Source: an uncultured virus (IMG/VR IMGVR_UViG_3300017963_000250)
Lineage: Duplodnaviria; Heunggongvirae; Uroviricota; Caudoviricetes
Virus record (IMG/VR): IMGVR_UViG_3300017963_000250
Reading direction: 5' to 3' (one strand)
Length of the DNA: 20,000 nt
Part shown: positions 6,740-14,458 of the stretch, piece by piece
How positions within the stretch are numbered: the first letter of the stretch is position 1
Layout of the letters: the number at the start of each line of letters is the position of its first letter
Notes under the pieces: model-generated
The model's database searches: none
What the model was told of the DNA's origin: nothing
The model's input: only the letters and a program-made list of their open reading frames with translations
Program-made: the position numbers and the translations under genes

Positions 6740-8329
6740 CTATCTACGTCCGTAATACCCGCGCGGCATCCACGGCGCGTATTTGTACCTTCTGGCGTTA
6801 CGGAGAAGTTCCTCGTCGAACTGCTGCATGTACCCGCCGTAGTAGGAACCGAGCGATGCGCCCCGACGCGGCAGCGTCAGGTAATCGCCCATACCCTGGT
6901 TTTTCTTGTCCGGGAGGGTGAGGTAGTCGCCCATGCTGTTCTTGTCCGGCAGGGTGAGGTAGTCGCCCATGCTGTTCCGACGCGGCAGGGTCAGGTAGTC
7001 GCCCATGTTGTTGTTCTGGCGCGGCAGGGTCAGGTAGTCGCCCATGTTGTTCCGGCGCGGCAGGGTCAGGTAATCGTCCATCCCGACCGGAGCGACGTAG
7101 GGGGTGCCCCACTTCTTGCGGATGCACCCGATCGCCTGTACCGTCTTCAGGACGCCGACGATCCCGGCACCGACCTGGAGCGCGAAGGTGTGCCTCGGAG
7201 CCAGCCCCGGCGAGAAGTAGTCGAGGGCCTTCCCGACACCATAGGAAAGGGCGGCGACGCTGCCCCAGGTGGTGGCGACCGGCACCATCTCGTCTACGAC
7301 ATGGAGCACGTTCGCTCTCTGGGTCACGTTCTTGCGGAGCATGTCGTTTACCCAGTAAGCGAGTTTGCCGCTCTGCTTCTTCACCCACTCGTGGCCGCTC
7401 ACGAAATGCACGGCGGCACCGGCGATCGCGCCCTCGCCACCGTAGACCGCCCATTCCTGCCAGGTGAGAGGCGGGTTGACATGAACAAGGCCAAGTCCAC
7501 TGCTTCTTATGGTCGACTTCAGTTTTCCGTAATCGCCACCGGCACCGGCAATGATACCTTCCGCGACCTCAGACGGCACCTTTTCCCGCAACCGTCTGGC
7601 GAGAAACGCGAATTTCTTCTCGCTTGTTTGGAGTTCGTTGATTGAGCGAACCTGCCTCGGAGTCAACAACTGCATGGTACCCGGTTCCGCTTCTCTGATG
7701 CGGGTGGGCCTGCGCCTTCCGGCGACCGCGCCGCGTTCTTTGCGCCGCGTCACTGCCGCCTTGCCCTTCTTCGTCTTCGGTTTCGGTTTCCCGTTCTTCG
7801 GTTTGGCTTTGCGCTTCCGTTTCGGGCGGTATCCGCGCGCGGCGGCGTAAAGGGCTTTTCTTTCGGCAACACTGAGCTTCGACCAGTCGGCGTACGGCCA
7901 CATGAAGGGTGACCCCTTGTAGTCCTTGCCGTCATATTTCCACGACCCGTCCCAGCCCATCTGCTTGGCGAAGGTCTTGGACACGGTGACGCCCTTGTGC
8001 CCCTTGAGGTACCGCTGGTACTTCTTCGAAGCTTTCGGGTAACCCTTGATCGACTTCTTGGTTCGCTTCCGCTTCGCGACGGCCTCGACAGCCGGTGGCG
8101 AGGGGATGTTCTTCATGATCTTGCGCGCGTCACGATACCGACCGGCCCGCGTGAGTCCGGGGTTCTCCATCGCGGAGATCCGTTGGGCGGTCTGCCACTG
8201 GGTGAGGCCGGGATACTTCCGCCCGGTCTTGCCAAACCGGTACGTTGCCCGGTCTCGCTTGTAGGTGCGTTTACCTTTCTTCTTACGACGACGCTTCCTT
8301 CTCGGCGGGTTCAACATAAGAACTGGCAT
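6740..8329 (-). CDS. Large basic core/membrane protein with NP motifs and C-terminal MGDYLTLP repeats
   Basis: The start is probably ATG 8329 (MPVLMLNPPRRK; AAGGAG RBS) rather than 8377. K/R-rich N-terminal half, hydrophobic helices after VNPP, then a repeat tail. Confidence 0.85.
   Translation of the reverse strand: MPVLMLNPPRRKRRRKKKGKRTYKRDRATYRFGKTGRKYPGLTQWQTAQRISAMENPGLTRAGRYRDARKIMKNIPSPPAVEAVAKRKRTKKSIKGYPKASKKYQRYLKGHKGVTVSKTFAKQMGWDGSWKYDGKDYKGSPFMWPYADWSKLSVAERKALYAAARGYRPKRKRKAKPKNGKPKPKTKKGKAAVTRRKERGAVAGRRRPTRIREAEPGTMQLLTPRQVRSINELQTSEKKFAFLARRLREKVPSEVAEGIIAGAGGDYGKLKSTIRSSGLGLVHVNPPLTWQEWAVYGGEGAIAGAAVHFVSGHEWVKKQSGKLAYWVNDMLRKNVTQRANVLHVVDEMVPVATTWGSVAALSYGVGKALDYFSPGLAPRHTFALQVGAGIVGVLKTVQAIGCIRKKWGTPYVAPVGMDDYLTLPRRNNMGDYLTLPRQNNNMGDYLTLPRRNSMGDYLTLPDKNSMGDYLTLPDKKNQGMGDYLTLPRRGASLGSYYGGYMQQFDEELLRNARRYKYAPWMPRGYYGRR
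6864..7081 (-). repeat. Six in-frame copies of M(G/D)DYLTLP with short R/K/N linkers
   Basis: GGCAGGGTCAGGTAGTCGCCCAT-like unit repeated six times on the + strand at 36-42 bp periods, with synonymous variation. Confidence 0.95.
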
Positions 8330-8361
8330 ACGTTTCTCCTTTGCTTTACTGTTCTTCCGTT

Positions 8362-8796
8362 TTATTTGTGTAACCAACCATCTTTTTTCATGATCGTTTC
8401 GCCCAGCATGTAGACGTTGCCCTCTGTGTCGCTCACCAGAAAGGTTTGGGGTGCCTTGTGGACATACTTGTATGGTTGCTTACGAGAGTTTCTCCTTGGG
8501 GTGTAATAGATATTCTCCATGACCCCGATGTGCGAGACTATCTTTACCTTCCGCTCATCGATACCCGGCGGGGTTTTTTGCAAAGTGATTTTGTCCGGCA
8601 AAGCGTGGTGTTGTCGCCAGAAATCTTTCACCGAGGCGTTGAATTCCTTGCGCGTCAGACTAATACCCGCCTTCCTCGCCAGACGCTGCGCGTCCAGCCA
8701 CAGGTTCTCGACCTCGTCCGACTTGAGGTCGAGCGGCGGGTTCACCCGGAGCAAAAGTGGGTTCTGTTTCCGCTTCGCCTTCTTCCGCTTCGCCAT
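8362..8796 (-). CDS. Basic protein with two NP motifs followed by a globular domain
   Basis: Abuts the upstream stop. MAKRKKAKRKQNPLLLRVNPP leader. Confidence 0.8.
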   Translation of the reverse strand: MAKRKKAKRKQNPLLLRVNPPLDLKSDEVENLWLDAQRLARKAGISLTRKEFNASVKDFWRQHHALPDKITLQKTPPGIDERKVKIVSHIGVMENIYYTPRRNSRKQPYKYVHKAPQTFLVSDTEGNVYMLGETIMKKDGWLHK

Positions 8797-9381
8797 TTAT
8801 CTGCCCCATCCCCATTTGCGCCACATCCACCTGCCGCCAAAAAACGCGGTAGCGCCAAGAGCGACGGTGCCGACAACCGTGCCGATCCCGATACCGGGTT
8901 TGGCTGGTGCTACACCTGGTACCTTGGACACGGTCGGCGCGACGGGTGCTTCCGGAGCAGCCGGCGCTTTGACTTTGGCGATGTCGTACATTGCCTGCGC
9001 GTTGGTTTCGAGCGATTCGAGCATCCGGTAGGCGTCGGTAAAGTAGACGTACGCGCCGGTATCTCTCGCGGCTTTCACCTGCTTCGCAAACTCGCTGAAC
9101 GAATTTATGAGCGCGTCGAGATAGATAACGAGATCGGGATCGCTCGCCCACGTCGCTCTAACTTCGCCGTCAATTTGATTCAAGACCGGTTGAAGGCTGC
9201 TCAATATCGCGGTGATATCTTCTTCGAGCAAATTTCCGAGTTCGGACGCTTCTTCGAACGTCATAGCCCCCCCGCCGCCGACAGCAGCAAGTTCGGCTAT
9301 CATCTGGTCTACTTTCGCGTCCAGGCTTGCTCGGATGTTGCTAATGAGCGCCAAAAAATCGGTCAAAGTATTTTGCAACAT
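8797..9381 (-). CDS. Acidic helical protein with Pro-rich linker and C-terminal TM anchor
   Basis: GGAG RBS. Ends GIGIGTVVGTVALGATAFFGGRWMWRKW. Confidence 0.8.
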   Translation of the reverse strand: MLQNTLTDFLALISNIRASLDAKVDQMIAELAAVGGGGAMTFEEASELGNLLEEDITAILSSLQPVLNQIDGEVRATWASDPDLVIYLDALINSFSEFAKQVKAARDTGAYVYFTDAYRMLESLETNAQAMYDIAKVKAPAAPEAPVAPTVSKVPGVAPAKPGIGIGTVVGTVALGATAFFGGRWMWRKWGWGR

Positions 9382-9384
9382 TTT

Positions 9385-9879
9385 TCATCTCCGACTCTTG
9401 TAAAAATAACCCAAAAAAAACCCGAGTGTCGCGAAAGCGACGCCTCCGGCGGCGACTCTTCGCCAATTAACACTCACCTCTGGTTCGGACGCGCTGGGAC
9501 AGCCCATACATCCGAGTTGCGGGTTGTACGTGTCGCGCGGCCACGATGCCGTCGGCGGCATTACGTTACCCATTTGCGATCTCGATTCCAGCGGTTCGCT
9601 CACCCACTCCGGTTCGCTCTTCTTGGCAACGTCCTCGAATTCGACAAAACGTTCCGCGATCGCCGCGCCCAACTCCTCGCCGGTCTCGACACGTTCCTGC
9701 TCGACCTCTTCTGCCCGTTCCGGCAGTGTCTCATCGAGCACCATCTCCTGACGTGACGCGGCAAAGTTCTGCGGGTGGATCGCGGCATCGAACCCGCCCT
9801 GAAAATTCTTCCGTTTATAGTTCGTGCTCGACTTGCTGTCTCTGTGAGCACGGTATGAGTTCGTACCCATTATGTCCAT
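9385..9879 (-). CDS. Low-complexity protein with C-terminal TM anchor
   Basis: Fits the operon packing. Ends WRRVAAGGVAFATLGFFLGYFYKSRR; contains QMG and QLG motifs. Confidence 0.75.
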   Translation of the reverse strand: MDIMGTNSYRAHRDSKSSTNYKRKNFQGGFDAAIHPQNFAASRQEMVLDETLPERAEEVEQERVETGEELGAAIAERFVEFEDVAKKSEPEWVSEPLESRSQMGNVMPPTASWPRDTYNPQLGCMGCPSASEPEVSVNWRRVAAGGVAFATLGFFLGYFYKSRR

Positions 9880-9888
9880 GTTTTACCC

Positions 9889-10578
9889 CTATTTCCTGAC
9901 GGCGAGTCCGACAAGTATCACCGCTCCCGCGGCAAGCGCCCACGGGCCGTATTTCTCCACCGCGCTCTTTTCGGGCGCAACGGCAGGGGCGGTAGGAGTC
10001 GGATACGGCACGATGCCCTTTTGCTGCGCCACCGCCAGTCTCTGCGCTTCAATCATACGACGCGCGGCCTCGATCTGCTGCTGGGTCATGAGTTGCTGCT
10101 GTGTCACGGCCGTCGACGCCAACTGCGAGGTCTGGGCCGCGAGGTCGGCGGCAGACCCGGCGACAGTCGCGCCGGGCACGGTGGTGCCAGACTGAAGCGA
10201 CTGCAATACCGCAGCGGTACCGAACCCGGCGTTCTTCAAGAAATCGCCGGCACCACCGAGAAGCGCGCCCCAATCCTCACCGGTCCAGGTCGGCTCCTGG
10301 GGAGACTCCGCGATCTCGCTTTCCGTGAAGCGCGGGTACTGCGAGAACATCTCCGGCGACTCCTGCAACCATTCAACGCCGGTACCGGTCGGCGCGGTCT
10401 CGAACGCCCACTCAGCGCCGGTCCCATTCGTGGGCGGACCGACAGACTCTGGAAGGGGAAACGACTCGGGATCAAGATCTTGACCGAGGTCCCCGAGAAA
10501 GCTTCGACGCATACTCGGGCTCTTTGCCCTCGACTTCATCGTCGAGCGAAAACTTCTTCCTAGAAAAGCCATATACAC
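9889..10578 (-). CDS. Protein with basic leader, Gln/Ala helix and C-terminal TM anchor
   Basis: GAGGAG RBS. The leader ends at FLGDLGQ; the protein ends PWALAAGAVILVGLAVRK. Confidence 0.8.
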   Translation of the reverse strand: MYMAFLGRSFRSTMKSRAKSPSMRRSFLGDLGQDLDPESFPLPESVGPPTNGTGAEWAFETAPTGTGVEWLQESPEMFSQYPRFTESEIAESPQEPTWTGEDWGALLGGAGDFLKNAGFGTAAVLQSLQSGTTVPGATVAGSAADLAAQTSQLASTAVTQQQLMTQQQIEAARRMIEAQRLAVAQQKGIVPYPTPTAPAVAPEKSAVEKYGPWALAAGAVILVGLAVRK

Positions 10579-10587
10579 TCTCCTCTT

Positions 10588-10860
10588 CTATATCCGGCCC
10601 GCCGCTCTGAGCACGCTCCTGACGCCAATTCTCTTGAGATCGGCCTTGCCGAGACGCATCATGTTCTGAAGCGCAGCGGGCGACGGCGACGGGAAACCAC
10701 CGGTCCTCTCCAGCCTGCTCGCCGGCGCTAAACGCTGGTGTTCAGGCATAGACCACATTTTCGTGCCATACACGTTGCGCCCGCGAAAAAAACGCTTGCG
10801 CAGCGATGGACTGTTCATGGTGGACCTCATACTGGATGAAAAACCGTTACCCAAATACAT
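10588..10860 (-). CDS. Small basic protein sharing an N-terminal leader with 9889..10578
   Basis: AAGGAG RBS; Arg-rich. YLG..F...RSTM.SPSLRKRF compares with FLG.SFRSTM....SPSMRRSF. Confidence 0.7.
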   Translation of the reverse strand: MYLGNGFSSSMRSTMNSPSLRKRFFRGRNVYGTKMWSMPEHQRLAPASRLERTGGFPSPSPAALQNMMRLGKADLKRIGVRSVLRAAGRI

Positions 10861-10903
10861 TAAAAAACTCCTTCAATAAAGACGCCATAGGGAGGGAGAG
10901 GGG

Positions 10904-11062
10904 ATTCACCGCAGAGACGCAGAGGACGCAGAGATAAGAGAAGGATAATTCATTACCCCCCGTCAAAGTTTTTGAAGGGGGTCTGGGGGAAACTTTTTCC
11001 AAAAAGTTTCCCCCAACTCTTCTCTTTCTTCCCTCTGCGCTCTCTGCGTCTCTGCGGTGAAT
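10904..11062. repeat. Nested palindromic (REP/MITE-like) element
   Basis: Outer arms 10904-10933 and 11033-11062 match at 28/30 (ATTCACCGCAGAGACGCAGAG...). Inner perfect 15-bp inverted repeat TGGGGGAAACTTTTT-CC-AAAAAGTTTCCCCCA at 10984-11015. Confidence 0.9.
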
Positions 11063-11086
11063 TCTTCTTTCCCCATCATCGTGTCG

Positions 11087-12025
11087 TTACCCGTTCAAAG
11101 TGACTCGTCTCGCGACCGGTGCCGGTTTTGACGCGGCAACGGCGACCGGTGCCGCGACGTATTTCTCGTACAAGCGATCTCCCATCAACCCGCGAACAGA
11201 AAGCGCCGGTCCGCTGTATGTCGGCTGGTTGGTGTACCGCACGGAATCGGCGGTAATCGTCGACTCTTCGAGTAATGGCTCGGCGATAAAGTCCTGTGGC
11301 CGGCGCATGATCTCCAGTTTCCTGATATCCCTTATCTGTTCCTCGGCGGCAAGCAATTGCATCTTGGTCTCTGCCGCTGCCTCCGACCATTTCTGGCGTA
11401 TGATCGCGACCTCTCCGTCGTACCGTCTCTTTTCGGCCTCTTTCGCTTCGTTCAGTTGTTTCAATATGATCGCCAACTGCTCGTCGCGGTACTTCGTCCA
11501 GCGTTGTTTCGATTCGCGTTCCTCTATCTCGTCGCGTGCGGCCGGCACGATCACCGTGAAGATAAGCCCGATCTCGCTCGTGAGTTGCGGGTCACCGAGC
11601 ACATTTATCGAATTGAATATTATCTGGTACCACTCGCCGGTATCGCCGTGCGGGAACAGTTCCTTCTTGAGATACGCCTTGTTGTTCCATACGACCGCGA
11701 GCCTGGCCTTCTCATCTTTGAGCAGGTTCGGGTAATCGCGCCATAATTTGAACAGTTCCTCGGTCGTCTCCTTCTTGACCTTGGCCTCCCATGACTGGTC
11801 GTATATCGCCTCGGCCCAGTATTGCGCCAGATGGAGCAGGATCGGGAATTCTTTGATAAAAAAGTCATATTTTATCCTGAGTTTTTGCGTGATCGCGCCC
11901 TGCTGGCGGATATTGGCAACGAACGCGTTCCGTGCCTTCCACTCGTCATCCACCGTGTCGCCGATGATCTGTGGTCTGTCACTGAACACCGACATGAGTT
12001 TGTCTATCGCTTCCGACCTGCTCAT
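11087..12025 (-). CDS. Helical/coiled-coil hypothetical protein
   Basis: ATGA overlap with the upstream gene and AGGGGA RBS. Charged heptads in the C-terminal half. Confidence 0.8.
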   Translation of the reverse strand: MSRSEAIDKLMSVFSDRPQIIGDTVDDEWKARNAFVANIRQQGAITQKLRIKYDFFIKEFPILLHLAQYWAEAIYDQSWEAKVKKETTEELFKLWRDYPNLLKDEKARLAVVWNNKAYLKKELFPHGDTGEWYQIIFNSINVLGDPQLTSEIGLIFTVIVPAARDEIEERESKQRWTKYRDEQLAIILKQLNEAKEAEKRRYDGEVAIIRQKWSEAAAETKMQLLAAEEQIRDIRKLEIMRRPQDFIAEPLLEESTITADSVRYTNQPTYSGPALSVRGLMGDRLYEKYVAAPVAVAASKPAPVARRVTLNG

Positions 12026-12726
12026 TTGCGTCCCCTAAGTAAAACGAGTCCACCGACCACCACCGCTGCCGCCGCCGGTAGCAACCAGGGCTTCTCCTCA
12101 AGCGGCGGGGTGATCGCACCGGGTTCGAGTCGTTGTATCGCGAGATCTGTCGCTTCCTGTGCCCCAGTTACAACAGCCTCTTCTATCTGTCGCGTTCGCT
12201 CCTCTACCCCGGTAGCGATCGTTTCCGCAGCCGCACGCTGCTCTACCGCAGCAGCAGCTACCGCTTGTTCCTGCTCGATTATCTCGCGCGCCGACGACTC
12301 GACCTCACCGGCCCATTGCAACCGTTCGAGCTCCTGACGCGCTCGCTCTTCTGCGATTTGCGCCTGGAGCTCCTGCTCGCGTTTGACCATCTCCAGTTGC
12401 TCACGCAAGGCATCGGCCTGCATCTGCGCGATCTCCAGTTCGATCACTTGCCGTTCGGCGATCCCGGACGCCTGGATGTCGACGATCCTGCTCTGCGCAG
12501 CGACCAACTCCTCTTCGAGTTCGAACCGTTTCCGGGCGAGTTCCGCTTCGAGCTCCTGCTGCTCTTCCGCGAGTTCGAGCGTTTTTACCGTGCCGTAGAT
12601 CTGGACGCCGGCACTCGCACCGGTACCGACTATGCCGACGATCCCGGCAACGATATCGAGGAACCCCAACTGGTTTTGCGCGTTCCTTACCCCGTATCTG
12701 GATGATGGATAATTGTTGTAATACAT
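12022..12726 (-). CDS. Coiled-coil protein with N-proximal Gly-rich hydrophobic segment and C-terminal TM anchor
   Basis: NQLG-FLDIVAGIVGIVGTGASAGVQIYG, a long E/Q/A heptad region, and the ending PWLLPAAAAVVVGGLVLLRGRK. Confidence 0.85.
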   Translation of the reverse strand: MYYNNYPSSRYGVRNAQNQLGFLDIVAGIVGIVGTGASAGVQIYGTVKTLELAEEQQELEAELARKRFELEEELVAAQSRIVDIQASGIAERQVIELEIAQMQADALREQLEMVKREQELQAQIAEERARQELERLQWAGEVESSAREIIEQEQAVAAAAVEQRAAAETIATGVEERTRQIEEAVVTGAQEATDLAIQRLEPGAITPPLEEKPWLLPAAAAVVVGGLVLLRGRK

Positions 12727-12729
12727 AAT

Positions 12730-13005
12730 CTAGCTCTTTAAGTGGAAAACAGGGGTGCGACGCTTGCCGCGTATCCAGTACCCGGCGATGAATCCGACCC
12801 CCCAGGCGAGGAGCAGAGGCCCCGATTTTTTCGCGACGCTCGTTACCTGCTCGGTCGTTATCTCGCCGATATTGCCGCGTATGTTGAGATCGTAGTAGTA
12901 CGGTGCCAACGCGCCCTCGCGTTCGTGCCCGTACTGCCCCATGCCGTTCCGCTGACACAGGTACCCGATCCTGTTCCGGTTATCATAGTAATTCATATCA
13001 CTCAC
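12730..13005 (-). CDS. Small protein with C-terminal TM anchor
   Basis: AAGGTG RBS. RIG, GMG and NIG motifs; LLLAWGVGFIAGYWIRGKRR. Confidence 0.75.
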   Translation of the reverse strand: MSDMNYYDNRNRIGYLCQRNGMGQYGHEREGALAPYYYDLNIRGNIGEITTEQVTSVAKKSGPLLLAWGVGFIAGYWIRGKRRTPVFHLKS

Positions 13006-13006
13006 C

Positions 13007-14458
13007 TTAAGTGTAAAGGACGAACTTTTTCTGGTCGACTAACCCCTGCCATGGCGACGACTGCCGGTGCGTGTCGACCGGGATCGGCACTTCGATATTC
13101 TCGCGCGTTTCCTGGAACGCTATCGAATGGTCGGCGCGCGCACGTCGTTGCTCGATCTCTCGTTTATATTCGAGTTGCTGTCTGAATTCCTCCGGAGAAA
13201 GGCCGGCCTTTTCGACGTATTCATACATGGCCTTGCGCGCGAAATCGACCGCCCACCGTTCGGTCGCGGCCTTGATCTCGCCCTTGTACCTAGATATCTC
13301 CGCTTCGAACCCCTCCTTCTGCGCGACCTTCTCGCGTTCGAGATCTTCCTTCAGTTTCTTCTGGTAGAGCGCAAGTTCAAACTCTGCCTCTTTCTGCTTG
13401 GTGAGCAGCATCTCCATTACCTCGATATCGGCCTGGAGCTTGTTGATCGCCTCACGCTGCGCGCGTTTCTCCAGCGCCACCCGCGCCTTTTGTGCCTTGA
13501 GTTGCTTCAGTATCTTCTTGCGTTTCTTCAGTTGATCGTGTACCTCTACCGCGCTCGTGGCCGCGTTCGCGACCGATACGGCGGACGAGACGAGAAGCGC
13601 CGCCGTGCTACCGCCGGTGATGACGGTCAGTATCCCCGACCCGATGACCGACCCGAGTTTCGCCAGGAACTTCCACTCTTCGGACGTCATCTTGAACGGG
13701 GAGTCTTCCTCGAACTGGGACACCCAACCGATCGGCGTCAGGAGCACCACCCCTTTCACGAGTACGTTGAGGAAATGGCCCAGGAACCCGTGCTTTTCTT
13801 TCCACCGGTTGAGTTCCTTCGCTATCCTGCGTTCGACCCGGTCTATCTCGGCCTTTATCCGTCTTATCGCGCGTTTGATCTCTTTTTTTATCCGCTTCCA
13901 TGTCTTCGAAAACCATCCGGAAAGTTCCTGGTATCCGCCATCAATATCCCATACGGCGAGACGGTGATAATCGGGCGGGAACCAACCGGGGAAAGAGCCC
14001 GGAGTAGCGGGATCATAGGATACCCAGCCGTTTTGGGTCTGGGCTTGCAGGAGGATGTGGGAATAGTTTGGGTTGCCTTTCTCGGCGGCCACGGTGACGA
14101 ATCTGACAGGAATTCCAAGTCCGAGCAACATCGCGGCCAGACTGGTACACATGTCGTCGCAATCGCCGTACCCCGTTTTCACGGTGATAGCAGCGGACTG
14201 CACCAGTTCCGCCGTGTAGGGGTCGCGCACGAATTTTATATTGTTTTTCACCCACCAGAAAAGCGTGTTCGCCATGTGGAGGTTGTCGCGCGGCGCTGAC
14301 TCATGTGTGAGCTTGCGCGCGATCGAGATGACGTCCCAATCGGTCGACCCCTTCTTCGACTCCTCGACGATCGCCTCTATGGTGACCTTCGTGCCGGGCA
14401 CCCCGTATGGGATCTCCTGAAGCGACACCTTGTTCGGTTTTACCATCTCATGTGGCAT
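13007..14458 (-). CDS. Transglutaminase-like (papain-fold) cysteine enzyme fused to amphipathic, hydrophobic and coiled-coil regions
   Basis: Transglutaminase-like core: WVKNNIKFVRDP, GDCDD (Cys), GIPVRFV, YSHILL (His), WVSYDPA (Asp). GAGGA RBS. Confidence 0.85.
   Translation of the reverse strand: MPHEMVKPNKVSLQEIPYGVPGTKVTIEAIVEESKKGSTDWDVISIARKLTHESAPRDNLHMANTLFWWVKNNIKFVRDPYTAELVQSAAITVKTGYGDCDDMCTSLAAMLLGLGIPVRFVTVAAEKGNPNYSHILLQAQTQNGWVSYDPATPGSFPGWFPPDYHRLAVWDIDGGYQELSGWFSKTWKRIKKEIKRAIRRIKAEIDRVERRIAKELNRWKEKHGFLGHFLNVLVKGVVLLTPIGWVSQFEEDSPFKMTSEEWKFLAKLGSVIGSGILTVITGGSTAALLVSSAVSVANAATSAVEVHDQLKKRKKILKQLKAQKARVALEKRAQREAINKLQADIEVMEMLLTKQKEAEFELALYQKKLKEDLEREKVAQKEGFEAEISRYKGEIKAATERWAVDFARKAMYEYVEKAGLSPEEFRQQLEYKREIEQRRARADHSIAFQETRENIEVPIPVDTHRQSSPWQGLVDQKKFVLYT

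Noticed and set aside
6864..7081. CRISPR-like repeat array
   Set aside because: The intervening sequences are only about 12-18 bp and similar to each other, the periods are multiples of three, the variation is synonymous, and there are no cas genes.
12600..12726. Type IV prepilin-like G|F site (NQLG-FLDIV)
   Set aside because: It lacks the basic residue before Gly and the Glu at +5, and the protein has a C-terminal anchor. It is treated under the Gly motif instead.
2456..14299. Long plus-strand ORFs (2456..3826, 8446..9756, 13067..14299 and others)
   Set aside because: Antisense shadows of GC-rich coding genes. The minus-strand set tiles with RBSs and stop/start coupling, and these ORFs show no motifs.
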